A stretch of DNA of 59,300 nucleotides, counting the filler. It is 7 parts of 7 records of this genome, joined end to end, with 100 filler letters (N's around TTAATTAATTAA, not from the genome) between each part and the next. Parts side by side here need not be neighbours in the genome. Positions count along the whole stretch, not along the records: positions 28,369 to 35,409 come from SRR31147125_21367; positions 35,510 to 41,941 come from SRR31147125_21396; 5 more parts are not named here. One strand, given 5' to 3'. Numbering within the stretch: the first letter of the stretch is position 1; each line of letters begins with the position of its first letter. The position numbers were made by a program, and so were the translations under genes. This document shows positions 29,505-39,627 of the stretch, piece by piece. Under the pieces are notes generated by a model, which saw only the letters and a list, made by a program, of their open reading frames with translations, was not told the origin of the DNA and made no database searches.

Positions 29505-30398
29505 TTATGCCCTTGCTGCTGATTGTGCGGCACTTGAATCAATGCGAGTATCTAAATATAGCTCAACTTTTTTACCATATGCGTATTCATAGCATTGTTC
29601 CCAATCTTCTTTGTAAAACTCTTTAATCCGGATTAATTCTTTTTTGGGTATCAATGTATCAGATGGAATAAGCTTTTCAGGCAATAATCCGGCCAGTGCT
29701 GCAGTTAAATGAAGGAAAAAATCATGCGACTTTCGGTGCAATGTCCGTATTAAGCCTCTTTTAAACAAATCTTCATTGTGTTTAACAATTTTATTGAAGC
29801 CTCTAACTACATATAGCTGTTTGTTGCTATATGCCCTTTTTACAGTTGACAGCACAATATCTTCTTTCTCGTAACTGGCATTTAGGTATTTACATATTCT
29901 ATCGAAAACCATATATGGCTTATCTTTCAGCTCATCTTGAAAAATAATAAGAGGAGGGTACTTAAAATATTTTTCAATCATTTTTACATAATTCATGAAA
30001 TATAGCTGCTCTTTTTTCCAGTAGATATTATCCGTATCCAGGTTAAAGAACTCATGAAATTTCCTGTAACCACTTTTTCTGATATGGTATTTGTATTTTG
30101 AGCTGATCCACTTATCGTGTCTGCGAAACGAAATTATTATTTTCGCTTTAGGATATTTTGAAGAAAAATCCTGTAACACATTTTCAATACCTCTATCATA
30201 TTCACAAGAAAATAAGAAACTATTACTATCTGTTTCTTTAATTATTCTTTCATGATATTTAAAATGGCGCTTTTTTGTAAAATGAATCCCCTTCAAATGA
30301 GGAAAAAATTTTCTTTGGAGATATGTTGTTGCTGTTTTTGGTAATCCTACATGAAAATAAACTTCTGGTGACTTCCTCCCCTCATCCACTAATGCCAT
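29505..30398 (-). CDS. sulfotransferase-like P-loop protein
   Basis: HVGLPKTATTYLQ (5'-phosphosulfate loop) and IIISFRRHDKWISSKY (3'-phosphate-binding R..S motif). Confidence 0.7.
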   Translation of the reverse strand: MALVDEGRKSPEVYFHVGLPKTATTYLQRKFFPHLKGIHFTKKRHFKYHERIIKETDSNSFLFSCEYDRGIENVLQDFSSKYPKAKIIISFRRHDKWISSKYKYHIRKSGYRKFHEFFNLDTDNIYWKKEQLYFMNYVKMIEKYFKYPPLIIFQDELKDKPYMVFDRICKYLNASYEKEDIVLSTVKRAYSNKQLYVVRGFNKIVKHNEDLFKRGLIRTLHRKSHDFFLHLTAALAGLLPEKLIPSDTLIPKKELIRIKEFYKEDWEQCYEYAYGKKVELYLDTRIDSSAAQSAARA

Positions 30399-30557
30399 AT
30401 CAGTTTTCTAAAGTTATATTAATAACGTTTTGAAAATACGTAAGTTCACTAATAATTATAATTTAGGTATAGTTTTGCGATACAATAATAAATATAATAT
30501 TTTAATATCGAAAGATTTAAATATTTAAATATACTTATCTGCTTCTTAAACGCAATA

Positions 30558-32210
30558 TTATTCTAACCTAAAAATCACATAATTACGACCTTTAGTTTTA
30601 TCATCTACTTTATAAATCACACTTGAATCAGGATAAGCTTTTTCTTGAAAAAAATGATAATCGGTTATGTAGCAATTCCCCTTAATGGGCTCTTTGTGAT
30701 AAGGCATTACTCCAAAACCATTTTTAGCAAGATAATAGGGTATTTTATAATTAATATATTCAGGCATTTGCACACTGGCTCTACTTTTAAAGATTTCCAA
30801 AGATCCCAAAGATATTTCGTCTGGAAATGTTCTATCTTCACTCAAATAATAAATTTTGTTCTCTTTTGAAATGTCAATAGCCTTCTCAATAACTTCCTTA
30901 TGCACAAAATCATTCTTATGTGAAATGGGCCAATAGGTAAGTTGCATTTCAAAGCGAAGTACCAATAAAAGTAATGCCAATACCAACACCCATTCTTTTG
31001 GATATTTTTTGTAAAAATAAATACCAACCACTATCAGTAAAACTAAAAACGGGGTTAATACCTTAACTGCTGCAAGGTCTGAGGTTATATTCAAAAATGG
31101 AGTAACCAGGATTATTATTGTTACGATGCTTGTAATAACAATGATAATAGGTTTTACAACTTTTGTTCTAAGCTCCTTTATAAACGGAGAAATGTAATAT
31201 GCCAATATCAGCAATAAAAACGGTAAAAACATATACAGATATCGAATTCTTACCGCAGGTGTTAACCAATAGATTATTATGTTAGTAAGAACAAATAAGA
31301 TGGAAAAGCGCACAAATTTGTTTGCCGGAAATGTTTTTATTTCATTTCTCTTAAAGAATAATAAAATGACAAGCAGAGACCATGGGGCCATTTTTGAAAC
31401 CAGGAAAAATGGAAAACCTAGCACAGATTTAATAATCGGAAATATGCTAAATGCTCCAACTGATTTTTCTGAGGATTCATTAAAAAGTTTAACAATAAAT
31501 GGTCCGGCATCAGTAAATTGATTGTATCTCCAAAAATATAGTATAATTAATAGCAAGGCCAATATGCCGCTTAATAGATGTTGCCATCTGTACATAATCC
31601 GAAAGTCTTTGTAAAAGATAGCCATGGCAACTAAGGTAACTCCCTGAAAAACCAAAGATGGTAGTCCTTTTGTAAGAAATCCTGCAACCATTAACAGGTA
31701 GGAAAAAGCGTACATAAAGAAATATTTCTTTTTGTCGTAGAATACGAATAGGGATATTATTTGTGCATAAACGATCAATGAATAAAACAGATCTATCTCA
31801 CCGGTACGTGTTGCAGCATGAAATAGTATATCTCCTGTTGTAAATAAAAATAAGGTTGACAAAAATGCGACATTTTTATTTACATACTTCTTAGTAAGAA
31901 AAAAATGCAATAAACCAGTTAGAATAAATCCCAAGGTAGAAGGTATGCGTACTACCCACTCATCAAATGAATTAAATAATTTAAAAAAAATTATAAGTGC
32001 CCAATTAAACAAGGGAGGTTTGTTATAATAATTCTCGCCGTGAATGGTTGGCACAATAAAATTATTAGAAAGCAACATTTCAATGGCAACAATTGCACGA
32101 CGCGGTTCTTCTCCACGCAACTCCAGAACTGGGAGCGCACTAAACATGGAAAAAACAAATAAAATAAAGAGAAGGATTTTAAAATTTTTTACAGTAAACC
32201 AATTGCTCAT
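30558..32210 (-). CDS. ArnT-like (GT-C fold, GT39/GT83) membrane glycosyltransferase
   Basis: EEPRRAIVAIEM, YYNKPPLFNW, EWVVRIPS, GEID, LTKG, many TM helices. Confidence 0.88.
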   Translation of the reverse strand: MSNWFTVKNFKILLFILFVFSMFSALPVLELRGEEPRRAIVAIEMLLSNNFIVPTIHGENYYNKPPLFNWALIIFFKLFNSFDEWVVRIPSTLGFILTGLLHFFLTKKYVNKNVAFLSTLFLFTTGDILFHAATRTGEIDLFYSLIVYAQIISLFVFYDKKKYFFMYAFSYLLMVAGFLTKGLPSLVFQGVTLVAMAIFYKDFRIMYRWQHLLSGILALLLIILYFWRYNQFTDAGPFIVKLFNESSEKSVGAFSIFPIIKSVLGFPFFLVSKMAPWSLLVILLFFKRNEIKTFPANKFVRFSILFVLTNIIIYWLTPAVRIRYLYMFLPFLLLILAYYISPFIKELRTKVVKPIIIVITSIVTIIILVTPFLNITSDLAAVKVLTPFLVLLIVVGIYFYKKYPKEWVLVLALLLLVLRFEMQLTYWPISHKNDFVHKEVIEKAIDISKENKIYYLSEDRTFPDEISLGSLEIFKSRASVQMPEYINYKIPYYLAKNGFGVMPYHKEPIKGNCYITDYHFFQEKAYPDSSVIYKVDDKTKGRNYVIFRLE

Positions 32211-32233
32211 GCAGAATCCGGGTTATAACAGGA

Positions 32234-32935
32234 CTATCCCATGTCACTGATTTTTTCCAACTTATTGATATCAATTATCTTAATCTTTCTACCAGCCAAC
32301 TCAATCACCTCTTCGCTGGCAAAACTTGATAACGTACGAATGGCGTTCGATGTAGTCATATTCGAAAGACTGGCAATATCTTCTCTTGATAGATAAACTT
32401 TAATTGTTTGTCCATCCTCCTCAAAACCATACGTATCTTTCAAGAAGATAAGCGATTCGGCCAATCTACCCCGGATATGCTTTTGTGTTAGGGTAACTGT
32501 CCTGTTTATTGTTAATCCCAGTTCAGATGCAAATGCTTTGATGATGCTAAGTGATAAATCGCTATTTGTTTTAAGCAAGTCGAATAAACAATTTTTGTTT
32601 ATTACACACACCATGGAATCCTCGAGCGCAACTGCTGTTGCGGTATGGTTTTCTCCAGCAAACAGAGCTCTATAGCCGATAAAACCAGTCGGACGGGCCA
32701 TCCTCACAATTTGTTCTTTACCCCCTATCCCTGCTTTAAAAACTTTAACTTTTCCCTGAGAAAGACAAGTCAGGCCAATCGGTGTATCCCCTTCATAAAA
32801 AATAATTTCGCCCTTCTTATATTTTTTGCATGAATAGTTTTTTTCTAAATACTTTTTCTCATCTGGAGTCAGTACATTAAATACCGACTTTTTATTTTGG
32901 ATACAATTATCACAGTTAAATTCATTAACAATCAT
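32234..32935 (-). CDS. Crp/Fnr family transcriptional regulator
   Basis: N-terminal CDNC, cNMP domain (KKGEIIFYEGD, GFIGYRALF), HTH LSREDIASLSNMTTSNAIRTLSSF. Confidence 0.93.
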   Translation of the reverse strand: MIVNEFNCDNCIQNKKSVFNVLTPDEKKYLEKNYSCKKYKKGEIIFYEGDTPIGLTCLSQGKVKVFKAGIGGKEQIVRMARPTGFIGYRALFAGENHTATAVALEDSMVCVINKNCLFDLLKTNSDLSLSIIKAFASELGLTINRTVTLTQKHIRGRLAESLIFLKDTYGFEEDGQTIKVYLSREDIASLSNMTTSNAIRTLSSFASEEVIELAGRKIKIIDINKLEKISDMG

Positions 32936-32955
32936 TGTTGTATAATATTTGGGCG

Positions 32956-32963
32956 CAAATGTA
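32956..32963 (-). promoter_or_regulatory. putative Bacteroidota -7 promoter of the Crp/Fnr gene
   Basis: TACATTTG on the minus strand, 20 nt before the ATG. Confidence 0.5.
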
Positions 32964-32971
32964 GTAAATTG

Positions 32972-34627
32972 TTAAAAATACTTGGCAACCAAAGGCATCC
33001 TTCTACCTGAACCAAAAGCTTTTGATGACACACGCAAAATAGGAGGAGTTTGGTATCTCTTGTATTCATTCCTGTTTACCTGCGCTACAACCCAATTAAC
33101 AAGCTCTTCATCAAATCCTTGCGCAATAATATCCTGAGGCGAATTTCTTAACTCGATATATTGATACAACAATTTATCTAGTGTATCATATTCTGGTAGA
33201 GAGTCGCTGTCTTTCTGATCAGGGCGGAGTTCTGCCGAAGGTGGTTTCGTAATAATATGTGTTGGTATTACCTCTTTGTCTCTGTTAATATACTCAGCAA
33301 GTTTAAACACATCGGATTTATATACATCTCCCAAAACAGAAAGTCCACCGTTCATGTCGCCATATAATGTTCCATAACCCACGGCTGCCTCACTTTTATT
33401 TGATGTATTTAATAAGATATTGCCAAACTTATTAGACATTGCCATTAATAACGTTCCACGTATTCTTGCCTGAATGTTCTCTTCTGTTAAATCTTCTTTT
33501 AAACCTTTAAATACGTCTGCTAAAGCATCATCATAACCCGAAACAATGTCTTTAATGCTGATGATATCGTACTGTACATTTAAATTTTTCGCGAGCTTTA
33601 CGGCATCAGTCACAGAATGATCCGATGAATATTTTGAAGGCATTAGCAATACACGTAAATTCTCGCCCCCCAAGGCATAAGCTGCCAGTACTAGTGTTAC
33701 AGCAGAATCAATCCCACCTGATAAACCAAGCGTTGCAGTCTTAAACTTCATTTTCTCGAAATAATCCCTGGTTCCAAGAATCACAGCATCATGTATTTTT
33801 TCAATTGTCTTGTCTTCTTTTATTTCCGGTAATGCTGGTATTGAATTAATTTCATTCGTATCAATTACATTGAAATCTTCTTCAAACGATTTTAGCTTTT
33901 TAACAATGTCGCCATTGTTATTTATTACCATCGAGCCTCCATCGAAAACCAACTCAGTATTTGCACCAACCTGATTTACATAAATTAGAGGTATGTTGTA
34001 TCTCTTAGCTTTCGATTTAAAAATCTGCCTTTTTGTATCTTCCTGTCTGTAAGAAAATGGAGATGCCGCAATGTTAATTATAAAATCAGGATTGTATTTT
34101 GCGAGTTCTTTTAAAGGCGATTGCGTATAAAGTTTATTCCTATCGAAATTTGTAAACACCGGCTGATCATACCATAGGTCTTCACAAATGGTTAAAGCTA
34201 TTTTTGAGTTTTTGTATTCAAGAATGGAAAATTCATTGTTGGGTTCGAAATATCGATATTCATCGAAAATATCGTACGTAGGCAATAATGTTTTATTTGT
34301 TATTTGTTTAATCTCTCCATCAGCAAGGAATAATGCAGAATTAAAAAGTTTTTTTCCTTTCGGATTCGAATTAAACAACGGAGCACCAACTATTGCTGCA
34401 ACATCAACACATTGTGAGGCAATCTCCTTTATCGTTTCCAAATTCTTATCGATAAACACCTTATATTCCAACATATCCAAAGGTGGATATCCACAAACTG
34501 AAAGCTCTGAAAAAACTACGAGATCTGCTTTCTCTTCTTTGGCTTCCGATATTTTTTCCAGTATCTTCTTTTTATTCGATTCGAAATTACCAATATGATA
34601 ATTCAATTGTGCAAGTGCAACTTTCAT
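32972..34627 (-). CDS. nadE: glutamine-dependent NAD+ synthetase
   Basis: Nitrilase-type glutaminase domain (FSEL..GYPP, TICEDLW) plus synthetase motifs GLSGGIDSA, ENIQARIRG, NKSE, GYGTLYGDM, KPPSAELRPDQKD. Confidence 0.97.
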   Translation of the reverse strand: MKVALAQLNYHIGNFESNKKKILEKISEAKEEKADLVVFSELSVCGYPPLDMLEYKVFIDKNLETIKEIASQCVDVAAIVGAPLFNSNPKGKKLFNSALFLADGEIKQITNKTLLPTYDIFDEYRYFEPNNEFSILEYKNSKIALTICEDLWYDQPVFTNFDRNKLYTQSPLKELAKYNPDFIINIAASPFSYRQEDTKRQIFKSKAKRYNIPLIYVNQVGANTELVFDGGSMVINNNGDIVKKLKSFEEDFNVIDTNEINSIPALPEIKEDKTIEKIHDAVILGTRDYFEKMKFKTATLGLSGGIDSAVTLVLAAYALGGENLRVLLMPSKYSSDHSVTDAVKLAKNLNVQYDIISIKDIVSGYDDALADVFKGLKEDLTEENIQARIRGTLLMAMSNKFGNILLNTSNKSEAAVGYGTLYGDMNGGLSVLGDVYKSDVFKLAEYINRDKEVIPTHIITKPPSAELRPDQKDSDSLPEYDTLDKLLYQYIELRNSPQDIIAQGFDEELVNWVVAQVNRNEYKRYQTPPILRVSSKAFGSGRRMPLVAKYF

Positions 34628-34686
34628 AAATGTCTAATGGATAAATTCTTAAACAAGGCAACAAATTGTAACCCTATTATTACTAA

Positions 34687-35376
34687 CTAAAACATCACTC
34701 CTATCCGCAAAGATAATGTATTAGCTGTTACCTTATCTTTTTTTAGCTTGGTAACATCAGTAAAACCATTCTTAAAAATCAGGCCTGTTACAAGAGATGT
34801 ATTTTCCCCAAGTGAATATTCAACACCAGCACCAAATTGGTAACCAATATCAAGTGGATTAATTTCTTCCATGGCATTGTTATCATAAATTTCCGGCAAA
34901 TCAGTATCTGCAACTGCTTTAATTTTAATTTGCGCTATAAACCCCATTTGGGCAAATATAGTTGTATATCCAAATTCCCTAGTTTTTAGTTTGACACCAA
35001 TTGGTATTTCAATATATTGAAGTTTATATGTTATTTTTTCATTGGCAGAGATACTTTTATTTTTATTATTAATATATAGTTGAACGGAATCAGCATAATA
35101 CAACGAGCCACCTATCCCTGAAATACTTATACCCGTGGTAAAGGCATAGTTTTGTGCAAAATACTTATCAAGCACCAAACCTCCGTTCAGACCAACCCGT
35201 CCGCTGCTTTTCATTACAAAATCATCATTTACCGGAAACCAGGTGTACTGTGGATCAATTTTTACGCCCAGCCTTAACCCTTGGGCAGAAAGACCCATTG
35301 AGAAAAATACAATTGCAAGCAAAGAAAAAGCCATTTTTTTGTTCAACACATAATAGTGTTTTTCAGTTCTTTTCAT
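34687..35376 (-). CDS. outer-membrane beta-barrel porin family protein (PorT-like)
   Basis: Signal peptide, YKLQYIEIPIGVKLKT, GAGVEY, terminal Phe. Confidence 0.8.
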   Translation of the reverse strand: MKRTEKHYYVLNKKMAFSLLAIVFFSMGLSAQGLRLGVKIDPQYTWFPVNDDFVMKSSGRVGLNGGLVLDKYFAQNYAFTTGISISGIGGSLYYADSVQLYINNKNKSISANEKITYKLQYIEIPIGVKLKTREFGYTTIFAQMGFIAQIKIKAVADTDLPEIYDNNAMEEINPLDIGYQFGAGVEYSLGENTSLVTGLIFKNGFTDVTKLKKDKVTANTLSLRIGVMF

Positions 35377-35409
35377 AAAAATTAGTTTATAGGATTCTTT
35401 AAGATTCCC

Positions 35410-35509
35410 NNNNNNNNNNNNNNNNNNNNNNNNNNNNNNNNNNNNNNNNNNNNTTAATTAATTAANNNNNNNNNNNNNNNNNNNNNNNNNNNNNNNNNNN
35501 NNNNNNNNN
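35410..35509. other. artificial contig spacer
   Basis: N44-TTAATTAATTAA-N44. Confidence 0.98.
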
Positions 35510-36145
35510 CCCTTTTTCATAATACCATTTTATCGGACATGCAGGAAACCACTTGCAATCCACAAGTAAGGTTTTTAATTTTTTATACATTTTTATCATT
35601 TCATCTTTCATTGAATCATGATAAAGGAGAAAGGCTGGATGTTGTAAGGGAAATATCTTTTTTGTACAATCGTTGGAAAGAAACAATTTACCATAATATT
35701 GTGCGAATTCCATCCTTGCCCTGAGTGATAAGCTATAATATTTATTAAAAACGTACCGTGTAGCATAATACCCTAATGGAACGATTACACCAGGATTTAT
35801 GAATTCAATTTCCTGATCTAAATAATCGCTACATATTTCAATCTCATCTGCTTTTGGTTTCCGGTATCCTGGCAACATACATTTGACAAGATTTGTCATA
35901 TAAATCTCTTTTCTGTCAATATTGCTTTTATATAGTAGCTCATCCAAAACCTTCCCCGAAGGTCCGATAAACATTTTACCAGCTTCATCCTCGATCTCTC
36001 CGGGAGCTTGAGCAATAACAAAAAGTCTGCTATTTATGTTGCCCTCCCCACACACTGTATTCATTCTGGTTTCAGAGAGTCTGCAATTTTGACAATTTTT
36101 CAATTCTATATTCAGATTTTGTAACTTTGGTCGATTTTGGGACAT
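35510..36145 (-). CDS. uracil-DNA glycosylase family 4 ([4Fe-4S]) with C-terminal extension, 3'-truncated
   Basis: CQNCRL, VCGEG, AQAPG..ED..G.MFIGPSGKVL, YMTNLVKC, EIEIC, HPAFLLY. Confidence 0.9.
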
Positions 36146-36167
36146 ATTCTTTATACACATTTGAACA

Positions 36168-37067
36168 TTAAACAACCTCTTTAAAATATTCTTCCATCCG
36201 ATCAAATGCCTTTTCAATCATCTCCTCCGGAACACAAAATGATAATCTCATGTGCCCTTCACCTGTTGGTCCAAAATCAACGCCAGGTGTAGCTGAGACC
36301 TTTGCCTTTCTCAACAACGTTTTGCAGAACGTTTTGGAGTCACTTCCCTCTTTTAATAATATTTTCGGGAACATGAGATAAGATCCACCAGGTTTTTGGT
36401 ATTCGAAAATTGAGTCGAGTAGATCTAACCTATTGCACATCACATTTCTCGCTGATTCGTATTTTTTTTGAAATGCGGCAACACAATCCTGTGGACCTCT
36501 TAAAGCGGCAAGAGCGGCATATTGAGAAACCACAGGAGCACAAATTGTAAATGGAATATGGGCTTTTTGGATTTGAGGAAGGAGTTCTTCACAGGCATGT
36601 AAATAACCAATTCTCCAGCCAGTCATGGCGTAGGTCTTTGTGAATGTAAAACAACTCACTACATTCTTCTGAACTTCTGGTATAGAGGCAATACTAAAAT
36701 GTTTCTGTCCATCAAAGATAAAATATTCATACGCTTCATCCGTAATAATAGTCAAATTATGCTCCAGTGCGATTTCAGCCAATTGACGCAATTGGTTTTC
36801 GTGAAATACGGTACCGGTTGGATTGTTTGGTGAACAATAAAGGATCGCTTTTGTTTTCGCTGTTATGGCCTTTTTTACGCCTTTAACATCCCATAAATAT
36901 CCTTGCTCCTTAAGCAGTGGCACAAAAACAGGTTTTCCCGAACCTAACATGACCTGATTGATGTGTGTGGGATATGTCGGCGAAGGAAGAATGACTTCGT
37001 CGCCGGGATCAATTACTGCCATAACCGTTGCAATCAGCCCTTCAATTGCCCCAACTGTGACAATCAA
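36168..37067 (-). CDS. PLP-dependent aminotransferase class I/II, C-terminal part
   Basis: VTVGAIEG, SPNNPTG, IITDEAYE, FTKTYAMTGWRIGY (PLP lysine), GEGHMRLSF. Confidence 0.9.
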   Translation of the reverse strand: MIVTVGAIEGLIATVMAVIDPGDEVILPSPTYPTHINQVMLGSGKPVFVPLLKEQGYLWDVKGVKKAITAKTKAILYCSPNNPTGTVFHENQLRQLAEIALEHNLTIITDEAYEYFIFDGQKHFSIASIPEVQKNVVSCFTFTKTYAMTGWRIGYLHACEELLPQIQKAHIPFTICAPVVSQYAALAALRGPQDCVAAFQKKYESARNVMCNRLDLLDSIFEYQKPGGSYLMFPKILLKEGSDSKTFCKTLLRKAKVSATPGVDFGPTGEGHMRLSFCVPEEMIEKAFDRMEEYFKEVV

Positions 37068-37345
37068 TTGAGATGGATTTGTTTTAATATTGTTATCCCG
37101 GAAAAGCTTTTTGGTAATTTCTTCCTTAATTCCAACAAACCCAAACTCTCTGAATATCCATCAACCAATCCATCTCTAATAGCCGTCAGAGCAGCCTCCC
37201 TGATATGCTCGGGTGCAGCAGATGTTGGTTTTGCCCACGACAAAAAGGCGACATCCTCCACGTCTTTTGCAAGCTTTGTCATTTCATGAATGGCGGACTT
37301 TGGTATTTGACTAACTCTATTTGATATTTTAGGATTTTTTTTCAT
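37064..37345 (-). CDS. PLP-dependent aminotransferase class I/II, N-terminal part (frameshift at about 37120)
   Basis: ISNRVSQIPKSAIHEM, PEHIREAA, YSESLGLLELR; the alternative frame continues ITKKLFRDNNIKTNPSQLIVTVGA. Confidence 0.85.
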   Translation of the reverse strand: MKKNPKISNRVSQIPKSAIHEMTKLAKDVEDVAFLSWAKPTSAAPEHIREAALTAIRDGLVDGYSESLGLLELRKKLPKSFSGITILKQIHLN

Positions 37346-37465
37346 AACAGGATCTCCATAAAAATAAAATAGATTGTTGTAGCTATTAATAAATGTAGGA
37401 ACAAGTCAGTCATCGAGGTAGCATCTATGGATGCTGGGGGATAGGAGAGGTATCATCTTTTTCAA

Positions 37466-37909
37466 TTAGCGTGTTTGCCAGTTCCTATGCCAACCTTCCC
37501 AGAGTGGCAAGCCCATGTTATCGCGAAGTTTGAGAATTTGATTTCCTTTCTGAACCTCTTTTGCTATGATAACCATTTTCCCCTCATAGGTAATTCTTGA
37601 ACCGGTAATCCTGACACTATCTTTTACACTCATTTTAAAATTTTGTTCTCTCAAGTGGGAAGCAGGACCTAGATGCACAGAAATTTGTTCTTTATTGTTT
37701 TTCACAAAAAGATGGATACCTGAATTTCCTGACCTGCCAAATCTACCGAGCGTATCGATACTCACTACTTTAGCGTTCATCGTTTCAACAGTCTCTATAT
37801 TGAACATCCTGTCAGGTCGCGCCCCACCTCTTCGGCCTATTTGTGAATAAGACTCATTTAGTGTGAGCAAACTATTGAAACAAACAAAAAATAAAACCAT
37901 TTTTTTCAT
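37466..37909 (-). CDS. secreted hypothetical protein, MamS/MamX-like domain
   Basis: AGGAG RBS, signal peptide, Gly/Arg-rich linker, then FNIETVET..GIHL..ISVHLGP..VRITGSR..IIAKEV.KG..LKLRD..GLPLW. The family link is from recall. Confidence 0.55.
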   Translation of the reverse strand: MKKMVLFFVCFNSLLTLNESYSQIGRRGGARPDRMFNIETVETMNAKVVSIDTLGRFGRSGNSGIHLFVKNNKEQISVHLGPASHLREQNFKMSVKDSVRITGSRITYEGKMVIIAKEVQKGNQILKLRDNMGLPLWEGWHRNWQTR

Positions 37910-38039
37910 TTCAGATCTCCTTGAAATTAGATTACAACACATCACAAATAGCGAATTTAATGGATCCTAACGCAGCTGGTGATAATAAAATCGCCCCTTT
38001 ATTCAAAATTCCTATGACGATCACGAGTGGAAACAGATT

Positions 38040-38768
38040 TTATTTTCGAATTTTCTCTACCTTTATTTTACTAGCCAGCCCATGTCCAAGACGAATTTCG
38101 TGGCCTTGCACCTCTACAATAACAGCTTTATCTACGTTGGCCACTGTGAATGATTTTTCTGTCCGTTTTTTCAACATCACTTTTTTACCTTCTGAGATCC
38201 CAAGATCGTTAAAGTCTTTTTTAGTAATCTCTCCTCCATCCACACGAGTTACAGTTACGGATTCGTTCTCATTAACATAGTTTAGCTGTATCAATTGATT
38301 GCCCTTTTTCACCCATATTTTTGATGCTTTACCCACTCCAATTTGAATAATTTTTGTTTCGATTTCTATATCCAGAATGTCGTCTGGTAAATGCCTCAGC
38401 AACTCAACTTTTGCTCCAACTTCAATCTTTAAATTCCATAGATGATCTTTCGCATCTTCACCGCCCTGGATTTCCATCACAATACCACTTTCACCTTCAT
38501 TAAGCTGGTTAAGCCTTACTTTATGACATTTCTTTTCAAGTACGACCATTAACGCTACTCCCTGGCCGATTATTGCTTTTTGATTATTGACAAAAATTTC
38601 CAGTGGTCCTGCAATAATGTTTTCCGGGCTCATTCCTGGCAGTACTTTTAATCTAGTGCCTTCAGTAATGCCAAGATATCCTAATGTGGATCGTACTTCC
38701 GGATCATCTTCAATTTCGATGACCCGAACATTCGCTTCCTCGTGTATTTCTAATAATTGGGGATTCAT
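38040..38768 (-). CDS. feoA: FeoA family protein with three tandem FeoA (SH3-like) domains
   Basis: Three repeats: LGYLGITEGTRL..AIIGQGVALMV; LWNLKIEVGAKV..IQIGVGKASKI; FNDLGISEGKKV..IRLGHGLASKI. Confidence 0.85.
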   Translation of the reverse strand: MNPQLLEIHEEANVRVIEIEDDPEVRSTLGYLGITEGTRLKVLPGMSPENIIAGPLEIFVNNQKAIIGQGVALMVVLEKKCHKVRLNQLNEGESGIVMEIQGGEDAKDHLWNLKIEVGAKVELLRHLPDDILDIEIETKIIQIGVGKASKIWVKKGNQLIQLNYVNENESVTVTRVDGGEITKKDFNDLGISEGKKVMLKKRTEKSFTVANVDKAVIVEVQGHEIRLGHGLASKIKVEKIRK

Positions 38769-39233
38769 GATACATCACTCCTAACAACTCAAATTACAGT
38801 CTTAAAAAAACAGCTTGTTAATTCATAAATCGTTTATTCATGATTGACGTTGGCTATATATTTTTACAGTTTTTAAAATCCCTGGCAAAAGAGAAACAAA
38901 TCAAAAACGAAATTCACATTTTTAACATATTATCCTCAAAATAATAAAATAGTAACATCAACAATCCAGGAACATCCTGAACAATAGAGCTAGACGAAGA
39001 GCTAAAAAAGGGATCATTTCATCTTAAAAATTGATTTTTTTACCATGAATAAACCTGATTTAAAAATCCAAGTTTGGTGTCTTTGTGGTATTGCTATAAA
39101 TGTAAGCTAACTGTCATTTTCCATCTAAGGACATTCATCTCTTTTCAAACATATCAATCATAACCGTTATTATGCTTGTAAAACGGGTATTCAAAGCCAC
39201 GTTCATTTATCATTTGTTGAGAACCTTATATTA

Positions 39234-39551
39234 TTATTTATCAGTCACATAACTATCCACCGCCTCTTTCACAGTCCCATTTATACCTGTCACGATTTCA
39301 ACACCTCCTGTTTCCAACGCACGTTGAGCATTCGAGCCAACATTACCGGTAAGTAACACTTTAACGTTATGTTTGACTATTTCTCGTGCTGCAGCCGGGC
39401 CCGCTCCTCCGGACATCTCTGATGCCGGATTTGAAAATGCCGTAAATTTCATTGTGTCAGAATCGACAATAACAAAATAAGCACATCTCCCAAATCTGGG
39501 ATCCACCTGCGCAGATAACGCTCCTCCTTTGGCACTGACAGCTATTTTCAT
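39234..39551 (-). CDS. NifB/NifX family (dinitrogenase FeMo-cofactor-like) protein
   Basis: MKIAVSA..VDPRFGRCAYFVIVD..NPA..GGAG..VLLTGNVG..GTVKEAV. Confidence 0.92.
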   Translation of the reverse strand: MKIAVSAKGGALSAQVDPRFGRCAYFVIVDSDTMKFTAFSNPASEMSGGAGPAAAREIVKHNVKVLLTGNVGSNAQRALETGGVEIVTGINGTVKEAVDSYVTDK

Positions 39552-39627
39552 ACTATTCTCCTTATAATAATTTATCGACGGATTCTATAACAATTTACTA
39601 TTCATTACTAAACCTAAACCAAAAGTG

